Assembly: GCA_963676915.2 (NCBI GenBank)
Contig: CAXXVK010000064.1
Span: 1 to 64,000 of the forward strand
Length of the DNA stretch: 64,000 nucleotides
Reading direction: 5' to 3'
DNA from: Myxococcota bacterium
Lineage (GTDB): Bacteria > Myxococcota_A > SURF-8 > G963663525
Shown: positions 29,351 through 39,600 of the stretch, one piece after another
Layout: each line of letters starts with the position of its first letter
Position numbering within the stretch: the first letter of the stretch is position 1
Translations under genes and position numbers: made by a program
Notes under the pieces: model-generated
What the model saw: only the letters and a program-made list of their open reading frames with translations
Told to the model about the DNA's origin: nothing
The model's database searches: none

Positions 29351-29442
29351 GGGTGCCACGGTCTTCGATTTGAAGAATCGATGGCCGTGCAAGTATTTGG
29401 AATCTCACGGCCATTGCCCTTCGGGCAAAGACCGTGCCACCC
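29351..29442. repeat. Inverted REP-like doublet (REPIN-like), GGGTG type
   Basis: GGGTGCCACGGTCTT-hairpin-ATGGCCGTG faces an inverted copy, GGGTGGCACGGTCTT-hairpin-ATGGCCGTG; intergenic. Confidence 0.7.
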
Positions 29443-29523
29443 TTGGTTATGCACAAGCTTTGAAAAAATGGGGGAAGTCCTGTTTTCTTTGCCCCGAATA
29501 ATCCATGAAAATTCTTCGATTTT

Positions 29524-30693
29524 CTATGTCTTATAACGCGCCTTCACAACGAGCGGGCATTCCGGGTCGGGTTCGTGCATGGAGCCGGTAAGGTGCAAAG
29601 CGACGGCGTGGCAACCACCTTTGCAGATCGTTCGATAGTCGCAGCTTGCACAAGGTTCGGGAGGGCTTTCGTCCCAATGGCGGAAATCCTGAAACACGGG
29701 GTCCATTTCCCAGCGGGAGCGCAACTCGTCGGCGTGCCAGTCGTTGACGGGATAAAAACTGCACGGTGAAACAAGACCTTCCGGCGTGACCCCGATCAGG
29801 TGGTTACCGCCTTCGCATCCCAGAACGCCGAAAAATTCCATGACGTTACGATCAGGAGCGTGACAAACCAGATGAGGTAGAAACGAGCAATCGACCTTGA
29901 TCGATATCCGCGAACGCTTCCGAAGACGTTTAAGCAGCGGAAAGAAGTTCACGCTTTGTTCATCGGTCAATCGGTGAGATTCGTAGTAATTCGCGCCTCG
30001 TCCCCCAGGTTTGAATCTCAGAAGTTCGACATCGTGCAGACGCAGGCGGCTGGCAAGTCGGATCACACCGGGGATTTCATCGTATGTCTGACGAGAAACC
30101 ACCATGTTGATACCGCAGCGAACACGATGTTTTTTCAACAATTTCAAAGCATTGATGGATGTTTCGAGTCGTCCTCTTCGTCCGTGTCCTTTGTCCGATA
30201 CGGAGTCGAGACTCACGTTGACCTGACCGAAAATTTTGCAGGCCCGTGCCAGCATAGGGGTCAACGAACTTCCTTCGGTTGTCAGGTTGGGAACCAGACC
30301 CCGTTTTCGTGCATAGCGGGCGATTTCGAAAAGCGCTTTGAGTTCAAGACTTTCGCCGCCACCCATTGCAACGTGAAACACGCCCATCGATGCTAGTTGG
30401 TCAATGATTTTCTTCCAACCTGCGATTCCGACTTCTCCCGGCAGAAAATCCTCTCCGTCGGGAGAGCGTTGCGAATCTACATAACAATGTGCGCAACCTC
30501 GCGAACATTTGCGCGATAGGATAAGATGTGCCTCGGTTGGTGCGCAAAGCGGTCCTTCGGGGCGTTCCCACAGGGGATGCTCGGGCAGTCCGATGTGTCG
30601 GACGAAATCGCGGTCCACATAGGCCAACAGGGGCGGATGCTCCAAGGCTAGAATGGCTCCGAATTGTTCGTAACGCAGTTTCATGGGCGGCAC
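29524..30693 (-). CDS. Radical SAM/SPASM domain protein
   Basis: CSRGCAHC, GGGE, and SPASM cysteines (GCEGG, PCSF, CASC....CKGGC, PDPEC). Confidence 0.9.
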   Translation of the reverse strand: MPPMKLRYEQFGAILALEHPPLLAYVDRDFVRHIGLPEHPLWERPEGPLCAPTEAHLILSRKCSRGCAHCYVDSQRSPDGEDFLPGEVGIAGWKKIIDQLASMGVFHVAMGGGESLELKALFEIARYARKRGLVPNLTTEGSSLTPMLARACKIFGQVNVSLDSVSDKGHGRRGRLETSINALKLLKKHRVRCGINMVVSRQTYDEIPGVIRLASRLRLHDVELLRFKPGGRGANYYESHRLTDEQSVNFFPLLKRLRKRSRISIKVDCSFLPHLVCHAPDRNVMEFFGVLGCEGGNHLIGVTPEGLVSPCSFYPVNDWHADELRSRWEMDPVFQDFRHWDESPPEPCASCDYRTICKGGCHAVALHLTGSMHEPDPECPLVVKARYKT

Positions 30694-30744
30694 TATGGCA
30701 CAAGCCGAACTCTTTGGCGATGACTTTTTCCCATCTCCGATGAA

Positions 30745-31602
30745 TTGAAAGGCAGCAAAAGCAGGTTGAACCGTTTTCTTACATATTTGGCGACGTTGTT
30801 TGGGCGTTTACCCATTTCGTGGCTCGATTTTCTGTCCTTTGGATTGGCCGTATTGTGGTTTGACGTACTGCGCATTCGAAGAAAGCAGGTTGTGGCTCAA
30901 CTTCTTGCGACCAACATTGCCCCCAATCGGAAAGAAGCCGTGACGATAGGACGGCGGAGCGTTCGTCATGTTTGTCGCGTGTTTTTCGATACTCTCGTAC
31001 TTAGTGGATTGACCAAGCAAGAAATTCTCGCACCTATCGATATTGGTCGTAGAGAGATCGTGGACGAGATCCTCAAGAACGGGAAAGGCGTGATCGTTTT
31101 AACGGCCCATCTTGGATATTTCGACCGCCTGGCCGTATCGCAAAGCGCCGAAGGTTATCCCCTTGTAATTATTACCAAACGACTTAAGCCTGCGTGGTTG
31201 CATCGTTTTTGGATGGCTTCCCGGCGTCGTTTCGGTTTGGAGATTCTGGAAACGGGAGGAACTTTCGAATCGTTGGCCGCAGCCCTCGAAGAAGGTAAAG
31301 CATTGGGATTGGTAGCCGACCAGCACGCGCCTCACGGAAAAAGAACGACGTTTTTCGGTTTGCCATGCCGATCCGTCTCGGGAATCGCAGAGTTATCGCT
31401 ACGCACCCAAGCGCCTATCGTACCGATGGCGCTCGTTCGAGAAAACGGCAGACTTCACATGGTGGTGGAGAATCCTCTTCCTCCTGCAAAGCGGCAAGAA
31501 GATGTTCCCGAACTCGTGCAAAGTTGCCAACATTCGATTCAAAACCTTATCCGGCGCTATCCCGAGCAATGGCTCTGGCTTCATCGGCGCTGGAAAGGAT
31601 GA
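30745..31602 (+). CDS. Lipid A late acyltransferase (HtrB/LpxL family)
   Basis: GVIVLTAHLGYFD (HxxxxD), VADQH and IRRYPEQWLWLHRRWK. Confidence 0.88.
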   Translation: MKGSKSRLNRFLTYLATLFGRLPISWLDFLSFGLAVLWFDVLRIRRKQVVAQLLATNIAPNRKEAVTIGRRSVRHVCRVFFDTLVLSGLTKQEILAPIDIGRREIVDEILKNGKGVIVLTAHLGYFDRLAVSQSAEGYPLVIITKRLKPAWLHRFWMASRRRFGLEILETGGTFESLAAALEEGKALGLVADQHAPHGKRTTFFGLPCRSVSGIAELSLRTQAPIVPMALVRENGRLHMVVENPLPPAKRQEDVPELVQSCQHSIQNLIRRYPEQWLWLHRRWKG

Positions 31603-31612
31603 TACTCGATTT

Positions 31613-33334
31613 TTATTCCATCATGCAGGTTGTCTGAAGAGCCAATTCCCCAACCTCGATGCAGGTTGTTGGGCAGGTACGTAAGCATAAACCGCAACGG
31701 ATGCAGCGTGAACCGTCGATACGAATGCCTTTTTCCGATTTGGAAAATGGGAGGTAATCCGAAAGTCTGGAAAACAGAGATTCCGTAACGATTTCACCGT
31801 TTCGTGTCAGGTCGATGCAGTTACGCGGGCAGATATCCAGGCATTTGTTGCAGTAAATACAATCTTCTTCACGAATGAAATAAAAGAGATTGCAGAGATA
31901 ACAGCGGGAAGCTTCCTGGCGGCTTTGATCGTCGTCGTATCCTGTTTCGGCTTCGATCGTTGGTGAAATGAGACGTTTGGCCGGATCGAGTTTCGGAAAG
32001 GGGAGGGGAGGAAGCTCATCCCATTCTTTTTTGCGTGGCGTATCGGCACAGGGATGGAGCGCCACGGTATCTTGGATACGTTTTTTTCCCATCAAGGCTT
32101 CATCGATTCGCCGGGCGACAGCTCGTCCCTGACCTATGGCATCGATAACCGTGCGAGATCCGCTGGCAAAATCCCCGGCGGCAAAAAGGTTCGGCCATTC
32201 GCAGGTGCCGGTTTCTTTGTCGAAGTCTGGAAGATCCGGTAGCTGGTTTGTGTCTATTTCCTGTCCGATAGCGAAAATCACCGTATCGGTTTCTATCTCG
32301 AAAGGTGGATCATCGGTTCGTTTGGCAGTGCGGCTTCCGGTGGTTTTGTCGATTTGGATGCTCGTGCGCGCAAGGCTAAGGCGTTTAATCGATGTTTCCC
32401 CATGAATTTCCACAGGGATCGACAATTCCATAAGATGGACGCCTTCTTCCAGCGTTTGTTCGAGATCTTCCACACGAATCGACATGTCCTCACGGGTTCG
32501 GCGAAGGATCAACCTGACGTCCACGCCACCGAGCCGTCTTGCCATACGGGCGCAGTCGATGGCTGTGAAACCTCCACCAATGACCACCACACGGCTGCCG
32601 ACTTGTTCGATGCGTCCCGCATTGGCTTCCATCATGAATTCAAGTCCCTGATGCACGCCATCGAGATTCTGCCCTTCGATATCCAGACGGCGCGAACGCT
32701 GACAACCCAGTGCAAGCAAAACGGCGTCATGTTCTTTGTGCAACGTATCGAGAGAGAGATGTTGCCCCAGTTTTTTACCCACATGCACACGAATGTTTTC
32801 AGTTTGAATTTGTTCGAGTTCTCGCTGACGAATATCTGCCGGAAGGCGGAATTCGGGAATGGCGTAAGTCAGCATTCCACCCGGCTTTTCTCTCCCTTCA
32901 TACAATTCGACGTGATGTCCCAACCTTGCGAGGTCATACGCCGCCGCCAGTCCTGCCGGTCCGGCTCCTACGATGGCAACGGTTTTTCCACTTGGCCCGA
33001 ATAATGGTTCGAAAGCAGGAAGGTTTTCATCTCGTACGTCGGCGGATCGGCGTTTGAGGTGGCAGATGTTGACCGCTTCCCCAAGAGAGTCTTCACCATG
33101 TCGGCAGGCATCCTCGCAAGGACGGGAGCATATACGACCTAAACACGCCGGAAAAAGGTTGTGCTCGACGTTGATCCTATACGCTTTTTCGGGGTTGTCT
33201 TCCCATATGGCGCGAATGTATCCGGGAATATCGGTTTGTGCCGGGCACGCTGACCGACAGGGTATATTCTCCGATAGTGCGGAAAGCGTCAGCGATGGCA
33301 GCGAACGAGACGGCGGAAATTCGGGCCGGGTCAT
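31613..33334 (-). CDS. GltD/SfrB-like FAD- and NAD(P)H-dependent Fe-S oxidoreductase with a C-terminal 2x[4Fe-4S] domain
   Basis: PCRSACP, LGRICSRPCEDAC, GAGPAGL, GGGFTAID, CIYCNKCLDICP and CIRCGLCLRTCP. Confidence 0.88.
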   Translation of the reverse strand: MTRPEFPPSRSLPSLTLSALSENIPCRSACPAQTDIPGYIRAIWEDNPEKAYRINVEHNLFPACLGRICSRPCEDACRHGEDSLGEAVNICHLKRRSADVRDENLPAFEPLFGPSGKTVAIVGAGPAGLAAAYDLARLGHHVELYEGREKPGGMLTYAIPEFRLPADIRQRELEQIQTENIRVHVGKKLGQHLSLDTLHKEHDAVLLALGCQRSRRLDIEGQNLDGVHQGLEFMMEANAGRIEQVGSRVVVIGGGFTAIDCARMARRLGGVDVRLILRRTREDMSIRVEDLEQTLEEGVHLMELSIPVEIHGETSIKRLSLARTSIQIDKTTGSRTAKRTDDPPFEIETDTVIFAIGQEIDTNQLPDLPDFDKETGTCEWPNLFAAGDFASGSRTVIDAIGQGRAVARRIDEALMGKKRIQDTVALHPCADTPRKKEWDELPPLPFPKLDPAKRLISPTIEAETGYDDDQSRQEASRCYLCNLFYFIREEDCIYCNKCLDICPRNCIDLTRNGEIVTESLFSRLSDYLPFSKSEKGIRIDGSRCIRCGLCLRTCPTTCIEVGELALQTTCMME

Positions 33335-33452
33335 AAGGCTCCCCTTCGAGAGAAAAGTGATAGGAATACAAGTGGATACATCGATACATCGTATCCTACC
33401 ATATCACAATTTCTTTGTGAAACCCATGATCGTTGGCAGGCGTTGTGACTCC

Positions 33453-34988
33453 TTACGGTTTTGGTGTTTCAGTTGTTAGAAACGAGAGCAGTTCCTCTTT
33501 CGTGAGGGTTTGATTCTTTTCGGAGAAACGAAACGTTTGGTCGTCGATCACGGTAATTTGGAGGTTCGAAGCGGTTTTTTCCGTATCCAATCGACAAGAG
33601 ATGCCTCGTTGGTTGAGGGTTCTCATCAGGTCGTAGGCCACACTAAAGCGGTTTGAGGCTGCAAGGATCGAAACTCGTGGGAAATCGGGAGCTTGTATGG
33701 TGTCGTTTCGTTCAATCGCCGATAGCAATGTTTCCAGATCGATCGCCATCCCCACCGCGGCAAGATTCGACTCCGGTTCGTTCGATGGTCCTGAACGCTG
33801 TACCAACCATTTTACGAGGGAATCGTATCGTCCACCTCTGGCAATCGCTTCGATTTCTTCCGGCACGCGGGCTTCGAAAGTCAGGCCGTTGTAGTAACTA
33901 AACCCTTTTCCAGGCGGAGGATCGATATCGACTTCCACACCCGCCGAAGCCGTGGTTTCTAGGATTTCACGAAACGATTCCAACAGGGGCCGTGAAGCTT
34001 CGCAACGTGCAACGTAAGGTTCGGCCTTTGAAAGAAATTCTTCCCAATTGCCGGAAAGTTTGGACAAATTCAGAGCTTCGGTGATGCTCTCGTCCGATAG
34101 ATGCAAGGCATGTCGCCAAGCTGTCGTGACAAGCATTTGCTGGAGTTCGGGGAGTTGCGCTCTCCAGTGTTCCAGAGAAAAATCCGTAGGTTTGGCTTCG
34201 GGATCGAACTCCTCCGGCCTATCTTGTGGTTCCAACCAGTCGTATAGATTGACCATACGGTCGAAACGATTTTTCATTCGGGCGAGCATCCAGGGCACGT
34301 GAAGGTTCAGTTCCTCGTTGTCGGCTCGAACGAGACGACGCAGAAAGCCGGTTCGTCGGATTGCCATCAGCACGGAAGACGCCTGTTCCGGGATGACGCC
34401 GCAGGAAATGATCCAGTGCTCGAAAAGCTCGGCGTGACCTGCATGAAGAGAAAATCGTTCGATTCCGCACGTTTTCAACAAATCATGGCACAAACAGAGA
34501 ATTTCCGCGTCCGCAGCGGTTCCTTTTAAGCCCAGAATTTCGGCATCGACCTGTCCGCGCTCCTTCAGTTGCCGCAATGGATCGAGATCCTGAAAGATTC
34601 TTCCCGATGAACAGACACGCATGGGGAAAGAGGGCTTTCGACTTCCGAACAATGAGGACCGTACAAGCGGTGCGGTCAATTCGGGACGCAACGCGACTTC
34701 GTTGGTTTCTTCCTCGAAATCTAAGCTGGACGGATCTTCGGAACTATGTGACGAAAACGTTCGCCATTCCCCGATTCTACCAAGAATCAGGTTCGAAAAC
34801 GGATCGACGCCGATGCGGTCGGGATGATACAGGTCGATGTATTCCAGCGAGGAGATTTGGCAGGGATCGAAACCCCTTAGACGCAACTGATCCAGCAGAA
34901 GGTTTTCAACTCCCCGGTAGCGAAGAGCAGCGTCCCCATGCAATTCCCTGAATCCGGCGGGCAAAGTGAAACGATGAGATTCGTTCAT
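33453..34988 (-). CDS. hisZ: HisZ-like histidyl-tRNA synthetase paralogue with a large internal insertion
   Basis: LPAGFREL, ALRPELT, ADAEIL, YYNGLTFE, GGRYD and AVGMAIDLE; degenerate motif 2 (GRIFQD). Alternative start at 35039. Confidence 0.62.
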   Translation of the reverse strand: MNESHRFTLPAGFRELHGDAALRYRGVENLLLDQLRLRGFDPCQISSLEYIDLYHPDRIGVDPFSNLILGRIGEWRTFSSHSSEDPSSLDFEEETNEVALRPELTAPLVRSSLFGSRKPSFPMRVCSSGRIFQDLDPLRQLKERGQVDAEILGLKGTAADAEILCLCHDLLKTCGIERFSLHAGHAELFEHWIISCGVIPEQASSVLMAIRRTGFLRRLVRADNEELNLHVPWMLARMKNRFDRMVNLYDWLEPQDRPEEFDPEAKPTDFSLEHWRAQLPELQQMLVTTAWRHALHLSDESITEALNLSKLSGNWEEFLSKAEPYVARCEASRPLLESFREILETTASAGVEVDIDPPPGKGFSYYNGLTFEARVPEEIEAIARGGRYDSLVKWLVQRSGPSNEPESNLAAVGMAIDLETLLSAIERNDTIQAPDFPRVSILAASNRFSVAYDLMRTLNQRGISCRLDTEKTASNLQITVIDDQTFRFSEKNQTLTKEELLSFLTTETPKP

Positions 34989-35050
34989 GTCGGTTCCGAT
35001 GCTCGAAATGTCGAAAGTTCTTTTCCCGGGCGATTCCATACGAATCCGGG

Positions 35051-35494
35051 TCAATCGTCGGGTTGGCGATCCCTCAAACCGCCTACGATCATCCATTGAC
35101 CGTTTTTTCGGTGCAGGATCAGACGTTCGGCGCCCTTGACTTTGAACTGATTTTTATCGGAAAACATCGTGGCTTTGAAGTCCTGCTCGGCAAAAATTTC
35201 CTCGCCACGAATCTGAACGTCTCGCCGGAGGACCGTCAACTCGACTTTGGAAACGCCTTCGAAAGTTTTTCGAATCATTTCCATCAGGCTGGCGCGGTCG
35301 CCGATCTCGTCTTTGTAGTCGGGCGAAATCAGTTTTTCGTATGCAGCGACATCCGCCGTTTCCATCGCTTTTTTTCGGGCGTCGAGGACACGATTGGCGT
35401 CCTTGGCCATGCGTTCTTCCCGGCTTTCGCAGGCGGTGAGGAAGGACGTAAACACCGCTAATAAAAAGAACGAGCGACAACAAAAACGGATCAT
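35051..35494 (-). CDS. Small lipoprotein, NTF2/SnoaL-like fold
   Basis: Lipobox LTAC; DVAAYEKLISPDY...NGQWMIVGG pattern; ATGA overlap with the bamD stop. Confidence 0.7.
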   Translation of the reverse strand: MIRFCCRSFFLLAVFTSFLTACESREERMAKDANRVLDARKKAMETADVAAYEKLISPDYKDEIGDRASLMEMIRKTFEGVSKVELTVLRRDVQIRGEEIFAEQDFKATMFSDKNQFKVKGAERLILHRKNGQWMIVGGLRDRQPDD

Positions 35495-36561
35495 GGGGGC
35501 GGTACTTTGTCCACGATCTCTCCGGCCTTGCGTTTGCGACGTTCTTCTTCCATTTGTTTCATGTAGTCTTCTTCCCACGTCGCCTCCTTCAATCGTCTTT
35601 CAACGAGTTGATCCTGCAACTTGCGCCATAACAGTTCTTTTCGCTTGTTCCAAAGCGCTTTCAACTCTTCGTTTTCTTCGTCGTCCGATTCGGTCCACGT
35701 TTCCGATTTCTGCTTCAACTCTTCAATCTGCGCTAGAGCTTGCCGTTCTATAGGAGTTTCCGGGTGACTTTCGGCCAGAAATCCCCACATCCTACCAGCG
35801 TTTTCCATGTCGTGGTCTTCTTCGTATGCTTTGGCAAGCATTTCCACGAGTTCAGCGGACTCCGCCGTTACTGGGTGATCCAAAAACAGCCGTTCCAGCC
35901 GCATGATCGCGCCCCGTGGCTTATCGCGATCAAGGTAATAATTGGCCACATACAATTCCCGGTCGATGATTCGTTTCATGCAGTAGGCTTTTTTCGAAAG
36001 CGCTGCATAGATATACGCCCGGATCTGTAGGTATTGCCGTTGTTGGCAATAGGTGATTTTTTCCGGTCGGAAGTCCGGCGGATAGTAGTAATCCTGCGCA
36101 TCTTCCATATTCAGCAGCCGTTTGTATTCCCGTAGGGCTTTTTCCGTCATCTCGATGTCTTTTTCATACACCGGCGGCATGAACCACCAATCTTCCGGCA
36201 TCTGTTCGTAGTACGATTCAGAGATTCTGTATTGGGAATACGGAACGCAGGGATGTACGGGATATTTTCTTTGAAAATTTTTATAGGCGTCCACAGCGTC
36301 GAGATATTGCTCGCGCTTGAATTTCGTGTCGGCAGCCATCAATTCAGAGGTTTTGGCCAACTGAGAAAAAGAATATTTGTTTTTCACGAGTTGGAAATAT
36401 TTCTCGGCGAGTTCGTATTCCTCCCGTTTGAGGTATTTAACTCCCTCCTCGAAATTGAGTCGCGCCGAGTCCTGATAGTCTTTGCCGATGATTTCCTCGA
36501 ATGTCGCGCATCCGGAAAGCAGCAAGGACAGAAACAACAGTTGGGTAATACGTCGAAACAC
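35491..36561 (-). CDS. bamD: Outer-membrane protein assembly factor BamD
   Basis: Lipobox LSGC, TPR helices, FQRKYPVHP and RELYVANYYL; extended C-terminus. Confidence 0.85.
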   Translation of the reverse strand: MFRRITQLLFLSLLLSGCATFEEIIGKDYQDSARLNFEEGVKYLKREEYELAEKYFQLVKNKYSFSQLAKTSELMAADTKFKREQYLDAVDAYKNFQRKYPVHPCVPYSQYRISESYYEQMPEDWWFMPPVYEKDIEMTEKALREYKRLLNMEDAQDYYYPPDFRPEKITYCQQRQYLQIRAYIYAALSKKAYCMKRIIDRELYVANYYLDRDKPRGAIMRLERLFLDHPVTAESAELVEMLAKAYEEDHDMENAGRMWGFLAESHPETPIERQALAQIEELKQKSETWTESDDEENEELKALWNKRKELLWRKLQDQLVERRLKEATWEEDYMKQMEEERRKRKAGEIVDKVPPP

Positions 36562-36651
36562 GGATTCTCCTCATCGTCTGGCAAGGTTACCGCTCTCTTG
36601 TACTCGGCTGTCCGAACAATGTCAACGAGATTGCCGTCCGCATCGACACCG

Positions 36652-39600
36652 TTACGGAGAAGCTTCGTTGGCAGAGGATCGTTCGGAACTCTCCGGCAGT
36701 GATTCCGAAACCTTGTTGGAGCGCGATTTCATAGAAGGTTGCGGCGGTGGTTCGTTCCCGAACGACGTATGCCAGAACACGTCCATACCACCGACACTTG
36801 CATCGCCGTAAAACGTTTCAAGATCCCATTGGGGCGTCAACATCAGATCGACTTTCAATTCGGCGCGGTTCACGTCTTCCGGGGCATTGTGGTGGTAAGA
36901 CGACTCCACCATGATTCTCCGGGTCAGGCGCTTGCCGACGGTGAGAATCGGTTCTTCGGTGGTTTCTCCAAACGTCAGGCTTACGCGGTCGATACCCAAC
37001 CGGTCGCTCATCTGCCGCTGCAATTCGGGGTATTGGAAGGCGATCAGTCCCGCGCCAAGGTTGGCGGCTTTTCCCTGCACCTGGTCGTCGCTGTCCTCGT
37101 TGGTTTCCGTGGTACCGGTCACCAATAACGTGAAGATCTGATATTGAGGCATTGCAGGTTCGGAGGAAAACGCCAGATCCGGTCGGCTAGCCGGGCCTTT
37201 GACGTTCAAATACACTCGTGCTTCGGGGGTATCGGCTCCGGCAGTGAGGTTGATGTATGGCTCGTTTTGCGTGCCGTCGGGGAAACTCAGCAGCGCTTGT
37301 TCGACCTCGAAGCTGTTGCCTAAAAATTCGAACCAGCCTCGTTTGTTTTCCAAACCTCCGGTAACCGCCGTTCCTTCCTCTTCCTGAGCGACATCGAGCA
37401 CGCCGCCCCAGGACATATCCACCTGATTTCCAAGAATGACGATAGGGTCGGTGATATCTACATGAATACCGAGATTCGGGCCTTTGGTGGCGGATGTTTC
37501 GGTTTTCGGCTTGGATTTCTCCTCTTCCACAAAAACGATGTGCGCGTTTTTAGGGATATCCTTTGGAGTATCCGACGTGAAACTGAGCACGGTTACCTGG
37601 GTTTCTCGAAGTGTCACGCCCAAAAGGATATCGTCAGCATTACTTGAAACGCCCAGATCCACTTTAGCATCGAGGCGACTTGGCGGAACTCCTGGAAATT
37701 CCAGGGGAAACGAGACGAAATCGAGTGTCCACGTGCCATTCGGCTCGAATTTTTCGCCAAGGGTAAGCTTCCCTTTCATGTCCATGGAACCGGAACCGCT
37801 AGCCAACGAAAGGTTTTGCAAATCGATTTGTTTCGTATCGGTCAGTTTCAGAGACAAATCGATGTTTTTGTACCTCTGATACAAATCAACAACGGTAACT
37901 TCGCCGCTTTCCAGGCCGATGGTTCCGTTAACCGAAGGCTCTCCCACGGTTCCGTCAACATCCAACGCAAGGTTCAATTGTCCGCGCAGGTCGTAAAGGG
38001 CGTCAGGCAACAGTGGATTGAGGGTTTCGAGTTCGAAACGGTTCATGCTAAGATTGGCTTCGATGGGAATGGTTTCGGCTTTTACCGTTCCATCCATCAA
38101 ACCTCCGACCTTTGCTCCGGCTTTGGCTTCAAGCGACAGGGCGAAGGGGCCGGACTCGTCGAATTTAGCGTGGACCGTCTGTTGTTCCGGTTGAGCATGG
38201 ACTTGAATTTGTAAAGGAATTTCAAGGTCTTCCCGAGAAATTGATCCCTCAACGGTGATTTTTGCATCCGGCTGGCGAATGGTTCCGTTGAATTCCCCTT
38301 CGTTTTCAATGGTGAATTTCGTTCCTTTGGGAAGTTTCACGAAGGGCGTGATCTCCGCTTCCGAAAAATCGGAGAGCTTCCAGTGAGCGTGATGAGACGA
38401 ATGCTCTTTCCAGACAAACGAGCCACTCGTAAGATTCAATGTGGCCGGTACCGTTGCCGCAAGGACGAATTTTTCCTGATTTTCCTTTTCTAATCGTAGG
38501 TTTACGTCGATTTTTCTTTTTTTCCAATCCACGGTCGTTTGAAGATCCCCGTACGGATGTTCCTTCACGGTAAGTTGTCGTATATCCGTGGCGAGGTGGA
38601 TGATCGGAGCAGATCCCGGACCTTTCAAGTGGATTTTCACATCGGTCTGACCCGAAAGTTCCGGTTCCGACACCACTTTTTTCAATGTGGCAAGTTCAAA
38701 CGCTTCGAGTTGTACATTAAGATCGCTGGTTCTTTTGGGATTGAAACGACCGTCTACGGTCAATAAAGCTTCCTCGATACCCAATCCGAGATGCTTAACC
38801 TGCACCGCCGATCCGTTGACGACAACACGTCCCGGTTGTGCCACAAAAAGCGCGATGTCGGCGATTTTTCCCGTTCCTTCGGTAAGGTCAACCGTCAAAG
38901 GTGGACCGGGTTTCAGTCGAATCGAGAACGAACCTGCGTTCGTTTCATCTTTTTCGATGGAGCACGTCGCCTTTAGGTTTTTGGGGGTGCCTTTGGCGTT
39001 CAAATCGATACGTTTTAATGGAAGATCGGGCAAACTCAGGTTCTCGACGGATACCCGCGTATCGAACGCCTGTTTCGTTGCAACGTCCTTGGCGTCGAGA
39101 TCGAGCGTAACCTTTTGCACGACAATCTGTTGTTCGGCAGCCTTCAACGCTTCGAGCAGCGCCGAGATCGTGCACGAGGGGTTCCGCAATTCTCCTTTGC
39201 ATTGGCCTTGCAGATCCAAACGACCATCAATGCCTTTGACGGCAAAAGCCGAGGCGATGGTTCCTAATGTGTCGGAATTAACGGAGAAATCCGCCTCGAT
39301 GCGATCTTTTTGCGGGGAATGAGCCTTTGCCTGCACCAGAATGTCTGCAATGTCTACCTTCAGCTTTCCGTGTGCTTTCATGTCTTCCAAAGAGGCGTCG
39401 AGATCGACGCTGAAAGCTCCGAATGGTTCCAACGTACAGTCTTTGCAATGAAAGGAGGCATCGGCTTTGAGGGTTTCGAGTTCGCTCCCTGTCGCTTTGA
39501 GTCTGCCTTTTCCGCCAAGTTTTCCCTTTAAGGGTAGGCCGTATTTTTGAGGCGGAAGATTGGAAAAACGGTAGTCGAGATCCGCTTGCGGCTTGGGTTC

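Noticed and set aside
29351-29442. Cloverleaf-like fold suggesting a tRNA
   Set aside because: No T-loop or D-loop consensus, wrong stem lengths and no CCA end; an inverted REP doublet explains it better.
29447-29506. 19-aa minus-strand ORF (MDYSGQRKQDFPHFFKACA) downstream of the rSAM/SPASM gene as a RiPP precursor
   Set aside because: No RBS, very short and no leader/core features; expected by chance.
30693-30875. 60-aa ORF abutting the rSAM/SPASM start as a precursor peptide
   Set aside because: It mostly overlaps the acyltransferase CDS on the opposite strand and has no precursor-like composition.
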